64,000 nucleotides of DNA from an uncultured Actinomycetes bacterium (GCA_963833835.1 CAWHZI010000004.1:273040-337039); one strand, 5' to 3'. Shown: positions 11,081 through 20,309, counted from the stretch's first letter. Translations and numbers: made by a program. The notes: generated by a model from the letters alone, not told the origin.

Positions 11081-11094
11081 CCACGCCGTCAGTT
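11063..11094. repeat. Perfect 16-bp tandem duplication (AGCCACGCCGTCAGTT x2) spanning the DUF779 stop codon
   Basis: 11063-11078 equals 11079-11094. TAG stop at 11078-11080. Confidence 0.95.
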
Positions 11095-11284
11095 AGAACC
11101 GGCCCGTTTCCCGGCTGTGCTTGTCTGTCTGTGAGCTGGCCGGATTAAATTCCGGCACGCAATTTTTTGCCATGGCCAATCCCCTTCTGCCGAGCGCTCG
11201 TAGTGGATATGAGCGACGGGTGACCGGCCGGCCCCTGGCGCGAACACGCGCGAATGCGCGCTGTCGCGAGCCAAGGAGACAGGC

Positions 11285-12400
11285 ATGAACAGGGGATCAA
11301 TTAGTAAACGCGTCGCGGCAATGATCGCCGCAGCCACCGCAGTCACCGCGGCGGGGATACTCCCCGCCGCCGCCGGAACCAGTGGGCCCGGATCCTTCAT
11401 CGGCGCCCTGAAGCAGACGACGGTGGCTAGCACCATCCCGGCCAACGGGGACGTCAATCCGTACGGGGTCGCGGTCGTGCCGCGCAGCCGCGGCGACCTC
11501 GCCGCCGGGAACGTGCTGGTCAGCAACTTCAACAACGCCGCGAACCAGCAGGGTCGTGGCACCACCATCGTGCAGATCTCCCCGTCCGGTCAGCAGCGTC
11601 TGTTCGCGCAGATCCCGGCCACATCGGTGCCGGGCGGGGTGGGGCTCACCACCGCGCTCGTGGTGCTGCGCTCAGGCTGGGTGATCGTGGGCAGCCTGCC
11701 CACCGCCGACGGGACGTCCGCGACCGCGCGGCCAGGCGAGTTGTTCGTACTCGACTCCTGGGGGCGGGTCCGGGAGGTCATCCGGGGCTACGGCATCGAC
11801 GGGCCATGGGACGCGACCGTGCTGGACCTGGGCACTGTGGCTGACCTGTTCGTCACCAACGTGCTGACCGGCATCACCAATGGCCAGCCGGCCACCACGA
11901 CCAAGGGCGATGTCGTCCGGCTGGCGCTGAACCTAAGGGGCGACAAACCCCGGGTGGTGGCCAGCACGCTCATTGCCACCGGGATTTCTGTCCACATCGA
12001 CCCGGCGGCTCTGATCGTCGGGCCGACCGGTGTGGCTCTCGGCCGAAACGGCACCCTGTTCGTGGCGGACACGGTGAACTCCCGGATCGCCCGGGTACCC
12101 GACGCGGTATCACGACGCAGCGCGGTGAACGCCGGGGCGCCTGCCGCCACGGTGTCCGCCGACCCGCACCTCAACGGCCCGCTCGGTCTGGCCGTCGCAC
12201 CCAACGGCGACCTGCTCGCGGCCAATGGAGACGACAACAACCTGGTCGAGCTGACCCAGCACGGGCGGTTCGTGATCGCGCGAGACGTGGACACCGCCGA
12301 CCCACCCGGCGGGGCCCTGTTCGGCCTGGCCACCACGGCCAGCCCACACCAGGTCTACTTTGTCAACGATGACAGCAACACCCTGAACGCGCTCCGCTGA
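11285..12400 (+). CDS. Secreted NHL/beta-propeller-repeat protein
   Basis: Signal peptide (KRVAAMIAAATAVTAAGILPAAAG). Repeated ..GP.G.A....G.L.VA.. NHL-like segments. High GC3. Confidence 0.6.
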   Translation: MNRGSISKRVAAMIAAATAVTAAGILPAAAGTSGPGSFIGALKQTTVASTIPANGDVNPYGVAVVPRSRGDLAAGNVLVSNFNNAANQQGRGTTIVQISPSGQQRLFAQIPATSVPGGVGLTTALVVLRSGWVIVGSLPTADGTSATARPGELFVLDSWGRVREVIRGYGIDGPWDATVLDLGTVADLFVTNVLTGITNGQPATTTKGDVVRLALNLRGDKPRVVASTLIATGISVHIDPAALIVGPTGVALGRNGTLFVADTVNSRIARVPDAVSRRSAVNAGAPAATVSADPHLNGPLGLAVAPNGDLLAANGDDNNLVELTQHGRFVIARDVDTADPPGGALFGLATTASPHQVYFVNDDSNTLNALR

Positions 12401-12418
12401 CGCACCAGGGGACCACGC

Positions 12419-12449
12419 GCTGCCGGCGGCTTGAGGGGTCGCCGGCAGC
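12419..12449. terminator. Hairpin GCTGCCGGCG-N11-CGCCGGCAGC downstream of the NHL gene
   Basis: Perfect 10-bp stem 19 nt after the stop. Shares the CCGGCG..TGAGGGG..TCGCCGGCAGCG core with 7340..7370. Confidence 0.5.
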
Positions 12450-12464
12450 GACAGTCCGTACGGG

Positions 12465-12654
12465 TCAGGGCGGTGATGACCCGCGGCTCTGTTCCTGCGC
12501 CACTACTTCATCCAGGTCCTTGAGCCGGGCCGCGCCCTGCACCGGGCGGCGTCCGAACGCCGACCGCGACTCGATCAGGAGCACCGGCTGATCCGGTTCG
12601 TCCAGGAAGTGCGGACCGAGCTGGTCGGCAACAGCCAGCGTGTGGGCACGTCAT
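12465..12654 (-). pseudogene. Possible 5' remnant of a photolyase-related (COG3046-type) gene
   Basis: High-GC3 frame reads AHTLAVADQLGPHFLDEPDQPVLLIESRSAFGRR. From memory this resembles the N-terminus of actinobacterial cryptochrome/photolyase-related proteins. It has no in-frame start, the ATG at 12654 is out of frame, and similarity is lost after about 35 codons. Confidence 0.3.
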
Positions 12655-12659
12655 TAAAA
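12649..12659. repeat. AT-rich 11-mer CGTCATTAAAA, copy 1
   Basis: Exact copy at 62578..62588. One-insertion copy (CGTCCATTAAAA) at 28084..28095. Confidence 0.8.
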
Positions 12660-12663
12660 ATGA

Positions 12664-13962
12664 TCAGAGATCCCCGGCCGCAGATCGACCTCCCACATCG
12701 GCCAGGTACTCGCGGGCGGCGCGGGTCCCGGACGCCATCGCGCCCTGGACCGAACCGGTGGTCCGGTGGTCGCCGCAGACGTACCGGCCCGGGCCGACGA
12801 GGGGGGACCTGGCGGCGCTGAAGCTGGCCGAGCTGACCCGGCTGGTGCGGCTGAGCGGGTGCGGGGCCGGCATCGCCGGCAGCGCGCCGTACACGGGGTA
12901 GCTGGCCAGATGCTCCCAGCCCGCGGTGTCCGTGCCGTACAGCTCGGCCAGCCGGGCCCGCACGCTGGGTTCGGAGCCGCTGGCGTCGCCCAGGACCGAG
13001 CTGGACACCAGCGCCCGGCCGTCGGGGGCGTAGGTCCGGGCGACCTCGGACAGGACCACGGTGTTGAGGATCTTCCGCTCGGTGTCCACCAGCAGGGTCG
13101 GCTCGGCCAGCGGCGACGACGGCGCCGCGTGGTAGAAGGTCGTGACGGTGCGGGTGGCCGGGACGTCGATGTCGGGGGCGAGCAGACGCCCGGCCTCCGC
13201 CGCGTCCGTGGCCACGATCACGGCCCGGGCCGGGATCTCGCGGCCGTCCGGCAGCTCCACCCCGTCGTCGGTGAGCGCGTCGACCGGCGTCTCCAGCTGC
13301 ACGGTCCCGGCTGGCAGCGCCGCCGCGAGCTGTTCCGGTACGGCCTGGATGCCGTGCCGCGGCAGGCATAGCGTGCCGCGCAACATGGTCCGCCAGACCA
13401 GGTGGAAGAACCGGGCGCTGGTCTCGAGCTCGTCCTCCAGGAACACCCCGGCCAGGAAGGGCCGGAAGAACAGCTCGCACAGCTCGGGCGAGACGCTGGC
13501 CTCGCCCAGCGCCGCCAACGTGGTGCGATCCGGTTGCTGCTTGATCAGCCCGACCGGCAGCAGCATGTCGGCCGCGGACAACCGGGCCAGCGCCAGTATG
13601 TCGGCCGGCCCGCCCAGCCGCCCGCGCAGCAGGTCAGCCACCCCGGTCGGCTGCCGGGTCGGGTCCGCGAACCGCAGCCGCCGGTCACCCGCCTGCAGCA
13701 GCATCCCCGGGGTGAACGGCCGCAGCTGCAGCGCGCGCAGGTCGATGCGCCGTTTCACCTGCGGGTAGGCGGTGTTGAACACCTGGAAGCCCCGGTCCAG
13801 CAGGAACCCGCCCTGCCGGTCGGTTCGCATCCGTCCCCCGACGGCGTCGGCGCCCTCCAGGATCCGGACCGGCACCCCGGCGGACATCAGGTCGAGCCCG
13901 CAGGTCAGCCCGGCAAGCCCGGCTCCGATGATGACCACGGGTGGTTCAATGCGGGGCGGCAT
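12664..13962 (-). CDS. FAD-dependent oxidoreductase (amine oxidase / phytoene desaturase-like)
   Basis: N-terminal dinucleotide fold VVIIGAGLAGLTCGLDL..ILEGADAVGGR. 432 aa. Confidence 0.8.
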   Translation of the reverse strand: MPPRIEPPVVIIGAGLAGLTCGLDLMSAGVPVRILEGADAVGGRMRTDRQGGFLLDRGFQVFNTAYPQVKRRIDLRALQLRPFTPGMLLQAGDRRLRFADPTRQPTGVADLLRGRLGGPADILALARLSAADMLLPVGLIKQQPDRTTLAALGEASVSPELCELFFRPFLAGVFLEDELETSARFFHLVWRTMLRGTLCLPRHGIQAVPEQLAAALPAGTVQLETPVDALTDDGVELPDGREIPARAVIVATDAAEAGRLLAPDIDVPATRTVTTFYHAAPSSPLAEPTLLVDTERKILNTVVLSEVARTYAPDGRALVSSSVLGDASGSEPSVRARLAELYGTDTAGWEHLASYPVYGALPAMPAPHPLSRTSRVSSASFSAARSPLVGPGRYVCGDHRTTGSVQGAMASGTRAAREYLADVGGRSAAGDL

Positions 13963-14109
13963 GTGAAGTTTCTACCCGGCGTGGGCCGGCCAACCCTGCC
14001 CGCCTGCAGAAGTTCGTGCTGGTCAATACTGGTTTCGTGCGGCACGTGAGCCTGGAGAACATCGCCTCCCGCGCCCACCGGGTGTTCAACGCTGAATAAC
14101 CGTGGCTCT

Positions 14110-14589
14110 CTAGGACGACGCCTGGGCCTCGATCAGTTTGCGCAGGTCGGGCCAGGATTGGGCGAAGGCAGGCAGCAGCGGATAACCGTCGACTTCCTCC
14201 AGGGGGACCCAGCGGAGTTCGGCCGTTTCCCAGGTGGCCCAGCCCGAGCCGATCGTTACCGGGGCGTCTGAGGGCAGGGGCACCGCGAACGTGGTGTACG
14301 ACCAGCCGCTGACGCAGGCGTACTCGTGGCTGTCCGCCGCCAGGGCGCCGGCCAGGTCCAAACCCGGGACCTCTTCGGACGCCTCGCGAACGGCGGCCTC
14401 CCAGGGAGTTTCGCCGTAGTCGATGGCGCCGCCGATGGTGGACCAGGTGCCGCCCTGATGGGTGCCTTCGCTGCGCAGCGCGAGCAGGACGCGGACGCCG
14501 GCGGGAGTGAGGGTGAACGGCAGCAGGCCGGCCGCGCCGGTCACACCCCAGTGCCGTCCGTGCACCGGGCACTTCAGCCATCCGCTCAT
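14110..14589 (-). CDS. NUDIX hydrolase
   Basis: Nudix box GGAIDYGETPWEAAVREASEEVPG. Confidence 0.85.
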   Translation of the reverse strand: MSGWLKCPVHGRHWGVTGAAGLLPFTLTPAGVRVLLALRSEGTHQGGTWSTIGGAIDYGETPWEAAVREASEEVPGLDLAGALAADSHEYACVSGWSYTTFAVPLPSDAPVTIGSGWATWETAELRWVPLEEVDGYPLLPAFAQSWPDLRKLIEAQASS

Positions 14590-14800
14590 CCCTTAGAGGG
14601 TAGTTGCCGCGGAAATCAGTACGCTCCGCCCGCTGCCGTCCGAGGTCAGCACCCACGGCGGGGTCGCGCACAAGCCCTGACCGGTCAGGGAACGTCAATC
14701 GGCCGCCTTCCGGCTGGCCCGGGCCAATAAAGTGTCCCGGGGAGAGCGCAGAGTGCGCCCGCACGCGAACTCGGCCGTGCGAACCAGAAGGGCAGAGCGT

Positions 14801-15772
14801 GTGACCCGAAGGCCGGCCTGGACCCCGGCGATCGCCCGGGCCTGTCTGGCCGGCGCGATCGGACTGCCCCTGCTGACCGCGGTGCAAGCATGTTCCAGCC
14901 CACCGGCGGCAGGTCCGGTGGCCCAGCCGACGGTGGCCGCCACCTCGGCCCGGCCCGTTCCCAGCGCCATCCCCACCAGCCCCCGGCCCAGCGCCACCGC
15001 GACCCGGGCCAGCGCCACGCCGTCGGCGTCGGCCGCGGCGCGCCAGGACCCGTTCAGCCCGGGGGCCAGCTCGTACGTGGACGACCGCTCGGGCACGGTG
15101 ACCGCGGCGGTGTACGACGTCACCACCGGGCAGACCTGGACCTTCGGCAGCAGCAGGCCACAGGCCGAAGCCAGCGTGGTCAAGCTGAACATCCTCGAGG
15201 CGCTGTACGCCCGGGACGACGGTGGGCTTTCGGCCAACGATGCGTCGCTGGCCGAGCAGATGATGGAGGACAGCGACAACGACGCCGCGACCACCCTGTG
15301 GTACGCGGCGGGCGGCCCGTCCCAGATCGCGTCGTTCAACACCTCGGCCGGCCTGACCCGCACCGCCCCGTCCTCGTGCGTCCAGTGCCCGGACTTTCCC
15401 TGGCCCGGGTGGGGCCTGACCACCACCACCCCCACCGACCAGCTGGCCCTGCTGCGCGAGCTGATCAAGCCGAGCACGCTGCTGACCGGAGCCCAGCGGA
15501 CCGCGGCCCTGGAACTGATGGAGAACGTGACCCCGTCGCAGCGCTGGGGGGTGAGCGGCGGAGTACCGGCGCAGGCCACGGTGGCGTTGAAGGACGGCTG
15601 GCTGCCACTGAACAGCACCAACACCAACTGGCAGGTCAACAGCGTCGGATGGATCTCCGGCTCCGGCCGCGACTACCTGATGGCCGTGCTCACCACCGGC
15701 AACCCGACCGAGCAGTACGGCATCGACACCATCAGCCAGCTGTCCACGCTGGTCTGGCAGCACCTGGGCTGA
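14801..15772 (+). CDS. Class A beta-lactamase-like serine hydrolase, probable lipoprotein
   Basis: ORF 14732..15772. GTG 14801 gives a signal peptide ending LLTAVQAC. SxxK (SVVK), SDN and a KDG triad in class A order. Start uncertain. Confidence 0.7.
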   Translation: MTRRPAWTPAIARACLAGAIGLPLLTAVQACSSPPAAGPVAQPTVAATSARPVPSAIPTSPRPSATATRASATPSASAAARQDPFSPGASSYVDDRSGTVTAAVYDVTTGQTWTFGSSRPQAEASVVKLNILEALYARDDGGLSANDASLAEQMMEDSDNDAATTLWYAAGGPSQIASFNTSAGLTRTAPSSCVQCPDFPWPGWGLTTTTPTDQLALLRELIKPSTLLTGAQRTAALELMENVTPSQRWGVSGGVPAQATVALKDGWLPLNSTNTNWQVNSVGWISGSGRDYLMAVLTTGNPTEQYGIDTISQLSTLVWQHLG

Positions 15773-15836
15773 CGTCCGGCCGCACCCCGCCGGACCGCAC
15801 CGAGGCTCACCGCACCCGGGCGGGAGCGCCGCCGGT

Positions 15837-17165
15837 TCAGAGCTGGCTGGTCGAGTAGCGGGTCAGGCCGTACTTGGCCGCGATCGGGTTCCACAGCGCC
15901 ACAAACGCGGCCTTGTCGTTGCTGGCCTGGACGTCGGGGGTGTTCGACGCCGCGAAATTGGCGTCGTTGTGGTCGTTCTGGTGGCAGCCGTGGGACACCT
16001 CGTCCTGCGCCCACTTGCCGAGGTCCGTGTCCACCGTGGCCGACGCCTGCCAGGCCCCGGTCAGTTCCCGCAGCATGGCCGCGGGCAGCGTCGACCGGCC
16101 GGACAGGTGAGCCAGCTGCTGGAGCAGCTTCTGCCGGCCCGTGGCACCGTCCTGGAATGCCTTCGGCGCCTGGCTCAGGCCGGACGTGCACTGGTTGACC
16201 GCGCCGACCGCGTTCACGATCGCGTCCCGGTCGGTGACGCTCTGCCCGAGCAACGAGGCCACGGCGCTGGCCGCGGCGCGCTCGTTGGGCGCGGCCGTAG
16301 CGGCCGGGGCCGACGTGGTGCTCGTCGGCTGGGCCGCGGCGGCGCTCGTGCCACCCAGCCCGTGGAAGGCGTGCACGATCAGCACCGCGGGCACGACCAG
16401 GACCGCCGCGATCAACAGGAACAGCCCGATGACCAGCGGCGGGCGCTGACGCGGCTGGTCACCGGCCGTCCGGCTCTCGGTGATCAACGGAAGGGCAGGC
16501 GGGGCCTGGTCCCACCGCGGCTTCAGGCCGACCTCGTTCACCCAGCTGGTGCTCAGGTTCGCCGTCTCCCCCGGTGGCGGGGGCGAGGGCGGCGCCGGCG
16601 GTGACCCGGTCGGGAGCGCGTACTGGGCCGGGACCGGCGGGTAGGACGGCCCGGCCGCCCGGTTCTGCGGCAGTGGCCCCGAGCGATCAGCCACGGGCGG
16701 CCCGGCGCGATTCAGCGGCTGCGGCCCCGAGCGGTCCGGCGGCGGCGGACCCGGGCGATCGGCCGGGGGGTAGGCCGGCGGCGGCTCAGCGGGGGACGGC
16801 AGCGGGGGTGGCGGATAGGCCGGCCCGGTGGGCGGCGCCGCAAAAGCAGGCGGGGGGGCGAAACTGGGCGGGGTGACCAAGCCCGGCGACGGGTAATCCG
16901 GCTCCTCCCAGCTGGCCGGGGAGCGCGGGGCCGGGGGCCCCGCAAACGCGGGGGGCGTCGCGGACGCGGGGGGCTCCGGGGGCGGACCCCCGGGTCGCGT
17001 CTCGGCCACCTGGCCGGGCCGGTCGAGCTCGCGGGAAGCCGCGGCGTGCTGGCCCGTTACGCCCGCCTCCGTGTCGGCGGCGGCGTGGCCGCAGTTGCCG
17101 CAGAACCGGATATTCGATGCCAGCCCACTGCCGCACTGCACGCAGTATCGCGGGTAACCCCCCAT
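15837..17165 (-). CDS. Zinc-ribbon, proline-rich single-pass membrane protein
   Basis: ORF 15837..17666 trimmed to ATG 17165 (MGGYPRYCVQCGSGL..FCGNCGH). Long Pro-rich linker, TM helix (LVIGLFLLIAAVLVVPAVLIV), C-terminal extracytoplasmic domain. Confidence 0.7.
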   Translation of the reverse strand: MGGYPRYCVQCGSGLASNIRFCGNCGHAAADTEAGVTGQHAAASRELDRPGQVAETRPGGPPPEPPASATPPAFAGPPAPRSPASWEEPDYPSPGLVTPPSFAPPPAFAAPPTGPAYPPPPLPSPAEPPPAYPPADRPGPPPPDRSGPQPLNRAGPPVADRSGPLPQNRAAGPSYPPVPAQYALPTGSPPAPPSPPPPGETANLSTSWVNEVGLKPRWDQAPPALPLITESRTAGDQPRQRPPLVIGLFLLIAAVLVVPAVLIVHAFHGLGGTSAAAAQPTSTTSAPAATAAPNERAAASAVASLLGQSVTDRDAIVNAVGAVNQCTSGLSQAPKAFQDGATGRQKLLQQLAHLSGRSTLPAAMLRELTGAWQASATVDTDLGKWAQDEVSHGCHQNDHNDANFAASNTPDVQASNDKAAFVALWNPIAAKYGLTRYSTSQL

Positions 17166-17625
17166 GCGTCTCCTGGTCCACTCGGCGACAGGTCGGCTCG
17201 CCGGAGGCGGGCCGCGGGCACATGAAGGCTTCGCCACCTCCAGCTGCCGGTGCGGATTGCCCTCGGGCGAGCCAAGCCAGCATATTTGCTGAACCCCGAT
17301 CGAGAGGGCTAATGCGCCCGTTCGGGGACAGACGTGACGCCCGGTCACCGGCCGCCGAACCCATCCGCTACGCGACCTTGTCGGGCCTACAGCCGGGACG
17401 TACGCTTCTTCTACTGTGCTGTCGTCGGAATGCGGACCTTGCCCTGGTCGCAACGGGTCGACGAAAGTCCAGCATGTGGACCGATTCGGGTCGCACACCG
17501 CTTCGATACCCGTCATGATCAAGGACAAGACGCACTCAAGCGCCAGATTTCTGCAAGTAAACCCGTGGATCGGTACACCTCGGGCACGCGCTCTGCGTCT
17601 CTTAGAGGACAGCTGAGGAGAAGAC

Positions 17626-18087
17626 GTGAACGTGAAAAAGGCCGTGGCCACCGTCGCAGGCGCCATCGGTGTGCTCCTGCTTGCGGCTGTCGTGGGCCTT
17701 GGCCACCTCGCCAGTCACCCCGGTAGCACTCCGGCCCGGGCGACCCTGACCGCGCACATCTACGGCGACAGCGTCAACGTCCCGGCCAGCACCTCCAGCA
17801 CCAGCACGCCAAGCACCAGCAGCTCATCCAGCCAGCCGAGCTACGTGGACAACAGCTCGTCCTACACCAGCGTCTACGGCGACGACGGTTCGGCCAGCCC
17901 GGCGTCGAGCGATGGCAGCGGGATCTACGGCGACGGGACGAGCTCGATCTACGGTGACGGCTCCAGCTCGTCGAGCGGGATCTACGGCGACGGCTCCAGC
18001 ACCATCTACGGTGACGGTTCGAGCTCGTCCAGCGGGATCTACGGCGACGGCACCACCGGGGTCACCGCTCAGATCTACGGCGACTGA
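17626..18087 (+). CDS. Membrane-anchored/secreted Ser-rich protein with eight (I/V)YGD repeats
   Basis: GTG start preceded by GAGGAG. N-terminal hydrophobic helix, then HIYGD, SVYGD, GIYGD, SIYGD, GIYGD, TIYGD, GIYGD and terminal QIYGD separated by poly-Ser/Thr. Confidence 0.65.
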   Translation: MNVKKAVATVAGAIGVLLLAAVVGLGHLASHPGSTPARATLTAHIYGDSVNVPASTSSTSTPSTSSSSSQPSYVDNSSSYTSVYGDDGSASPASSDGSGIYGDGTSSIYGDGSSSSSGIYGDGSSTIYGDGSSSSSGIYGDGTTGVTAQIYGD

Positions 18088-18112
18088 CGCTCCCCAGCTC
18101 AGCGGGCTGAGC

Positions 18113-18457
18113 TCAGCGGGCCGGGCGAAGCTCGGTGGCGGAGTTGTGTGCCTCTTCCAGGGCGGCCGTCATCATGTCCGCGGCCTGCCCGGCGGCGTTG
18201 AGCGCCTCCATCACCTCGGTGACCGACAGGTCCGGGTCCGCACCTGATCCGTGCCTGACCTGCCCGTCCTCCTGCTGAGCGACCAGGAATCGGGCCAACT
18301 GCTCACACAGCTGCGGCAGCCCCTGTCCCATCAGGCCCAGGCTGGCGATGATGTCGCGGACCTCGTCCGGGCTGCCCAGCTCGCCGCCGCCGTGCGTCAG
18401 ATGGTTCAGCGCGCGGATAGCTTCGGCGGCCTGGGTGGCGATCTCGCGCGGAGTCAT
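18113..18457 (-). CDS. Hypothetical small helical protein
   Basis: ORF 18113..18664 trimmed to ATG 18457 (MTPREIATQAAEAIRALNHL). GTG 18478 is an alternative start. High GC3, no recognisable family. Confidence 0.5.
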   Translation of the reverse strand: MTPREIATQAAEAIRALNHLTHGGGELGSPDEVRDIIASLGLMGQGLPQLCEQLARFLVAQQEDGQVRHGSGADPDLSVTEVMEALNAAGQAADMMTAALEEAHNSATELRPAR

Positions 18458-18818
18458 CGTGCTGGTCAGCTCGGTCACTGGCCTGTCTCCAGCGGGCTCG
18501 GGGCCGGAACCTGTTCGGGCATCTGTCTCCTCGGGGGTACGCGGCTCGGGACCGCGAAGGCCGTACCGGCAGGCACCTGACGAAAAGCGTTCACCAGTAC
18601 GATACGCGACGATCGGGGGCGGGCGGGGGTCCAGCCGACGGACGACTTCCTTGGCGCCGCACATTTACGCTACCCGCGTTGGGCCTGAGATCAACCTCGC
18701 TCCGCAGACAGCAATGGGGACCGGCTTCTCTGGTGCTGGCGTAGCGGCTGCTCTTGTGCTGGTCGGAAGCGTGTTGTCTCATGAGGACTACTTGACCCAG
18801 CAAAGGAGATGGGTAGCC

Positions 18819-20309
18819 ATGACCGTCACGATCGACGCCAGCGTTAAGGACTTCACGACCACTACACGAAAGCTCTTCATCGACGGCGAATGGGTGGACG
18901 CCGCGTCGGGGAAGACATTCGACACCCCGAACCCAGCCACGGGCGAGACCCTGGCCCGGGTGGCCGAGGGTGACGCCGAAGACATCAACCGGGCCGTGCG
19001 GGCCGCGCGGCGGGCGTTCGAGGAAGGGCCGTGGGGCCGGATGACCGCCTCCGATCGCGGCCGCATCATCTGGAAGATCGGCGATCTGATCCTCGAGCAC
19101 GCCGACGAGCTGGCTCAGCTTGAGTCGCTGGACAACGGCAAGCCGGTCGCGGTGGCTCGCGCCGCCGACGTCCCGCTCGCGGCCGACCTGTTCCACTACA
19201 TGGCCGGCTGGGCGACCAAGATCGAAGGCAACACGATCAACATCTCGGTGCCCTACATGCCCGGGGCCAACTTCCACTCGTACACGCTCCGGGAACCGCT
19301 CGGCGTGGTCGGGCAGATCATCCCGTGGAACTTCCCGCTGCTGATGGCGGCGTGGAAGCTCGGGCCCGCCCTGACCACCGGTAACTGCGTCGTGCTCAAG
19401 CCGGCCGAGCAGACCCCGCTGACCGCGCTGCGGCTGGCCGAGCTCATCGCCGAGGCGGGCGTGCCCAACGGCGTGGTCAACGTGGTGCCCGGCTTCGGCG
19501 AGACGGCCGGCGCCGCGCTGGCGGCCCACTACGACGTGGACAAGGTGGCCTTCACCGGGTCGACCGAGGTCGGCAAGCTCATCGTCCAGGCCGCCGGGGC
19601 CAGCAACCTGAAGAAGCTGACCCTGGAGCTGGGCGGCAAGAGCCCGAACATCGTCTTCGACGACGCCGACACCAGTGCCGTGGAGGGCGCGGCCAACGCG
19701 ATCTTCTTCAACCACGGTCAGTGCTGTGTCGCGGGTTCCCGCCTGTTCGTGCAGGAGAACCGGTTCGACGAGGTGGTGGACGGGGTGGCGGAGATCGCCA
19801 AGTCCATCAAGCTCGGTTCGGGCATGGAATCGGACACCCAGATGGGCCCGCTGGTCTCGGACGAGCAGCTGCGCCGGGTCACCGGCTTCCTGGACTCCGG
19901 GGTGAGCGACGGTGCGACCTACCTCACCGGCGGTAGCCGCTTCGGCGACCAGGGCTACTTCGTCGAGCCCACCGTCATCACCAACACCCGCCCGGACATG
20001 AAGATCGTCCGTGAGGAGATCTTCGGCCCGGTCGTGGTGGCGGCCCCGTTCAGCAGCCTGGACGAGATCGCGGCTCAGGCCAACGACTCCGACTACGGGC
20101 TCGGCGCCGGGATCTGGACCAAGGACATCTCCAAGGCGCACGCGCTGGCCAAGAAGCTGCGGGCCGGCACGGTCTGGATCAACTGCTACAACGTGTTCGA
20201 CGCGTCCCTGCCGTTCGGCGGGTACAAGCAGTCCGGCTGGGGCCGGGAGATGGGCCACGAGGCCCTGGAGGCCTACACCGAGGTCAAGGCGGTGACCGCG
20301 CAGCTGTAA
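18819..20309 (+). CDS. Aldehyde dehydrogenase family protein
   Basis: ORF 18348..20309 trimmed to ATG 18819, which is preceded by [20 protein letters not shown] and catalytic GQCCVAGSR. Confidence 0.9.
   Translation: MTVTIDASVKDFTTTTRKLFIDGEWVDAASGKTFDTPNPATGETLARVAEGDAEDINRAVRAARRAFEEGPWGRMTASDRGRIIWKIGDLILEHADELAQLESLDNGKPVAVARAADVPLAADLFHYMAGWATKIEGNTINISVPYMPGANFHSYTLREPLGVVGQIIPWNFPLLMAAWKLGPALTTGNCVVLKPAEQTPLTALRLAELIAEAGVPNGVVNVVPGFGETAGAALAAHYDVDKVAFTGSTEVGKLIVQAAGASNLKKLTLELGGKSPNIVFDDADTSAVEGAANAIFFNHGQCCVAGSRLFVQENRFDEVVDGVAEIAKSIKLGSGMESDTQMGPLVSDEQLRRVTGFLDSGVSDGATYLTGGSRFGDQGYFVEPTVITNTRPDMKIVREEIFGPVVVAAPFSSLDEIAAQANDSDYGLGAGIWTKDISKAHALAKKLRAGTVWINCYNVFDASLPFGGYKQSGWGREMGHEALEAYTEVKAVTAQL

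Noticed and set aside
17285-17400. Possible ydaO-type c-di-AMP riboswitch in the 460-bp leader of the (I/V)YGD-repeat gene, suggested by GCUGAACC, GGGCUAAUG, UCGGGGA and GCCGAACCCAUCCGCUAC resembling the conserved ..CCGAACCCGNCAGCUAAC.. segment.
   Set aside because: Only scattered partial matches recalled from memory. The first pseudo-symmetric half (GGUACGGGGA..CCC) is missing, and the 3' conserved block has several mismatches. It would need a significant Infernal RF00379 hit to be revived.
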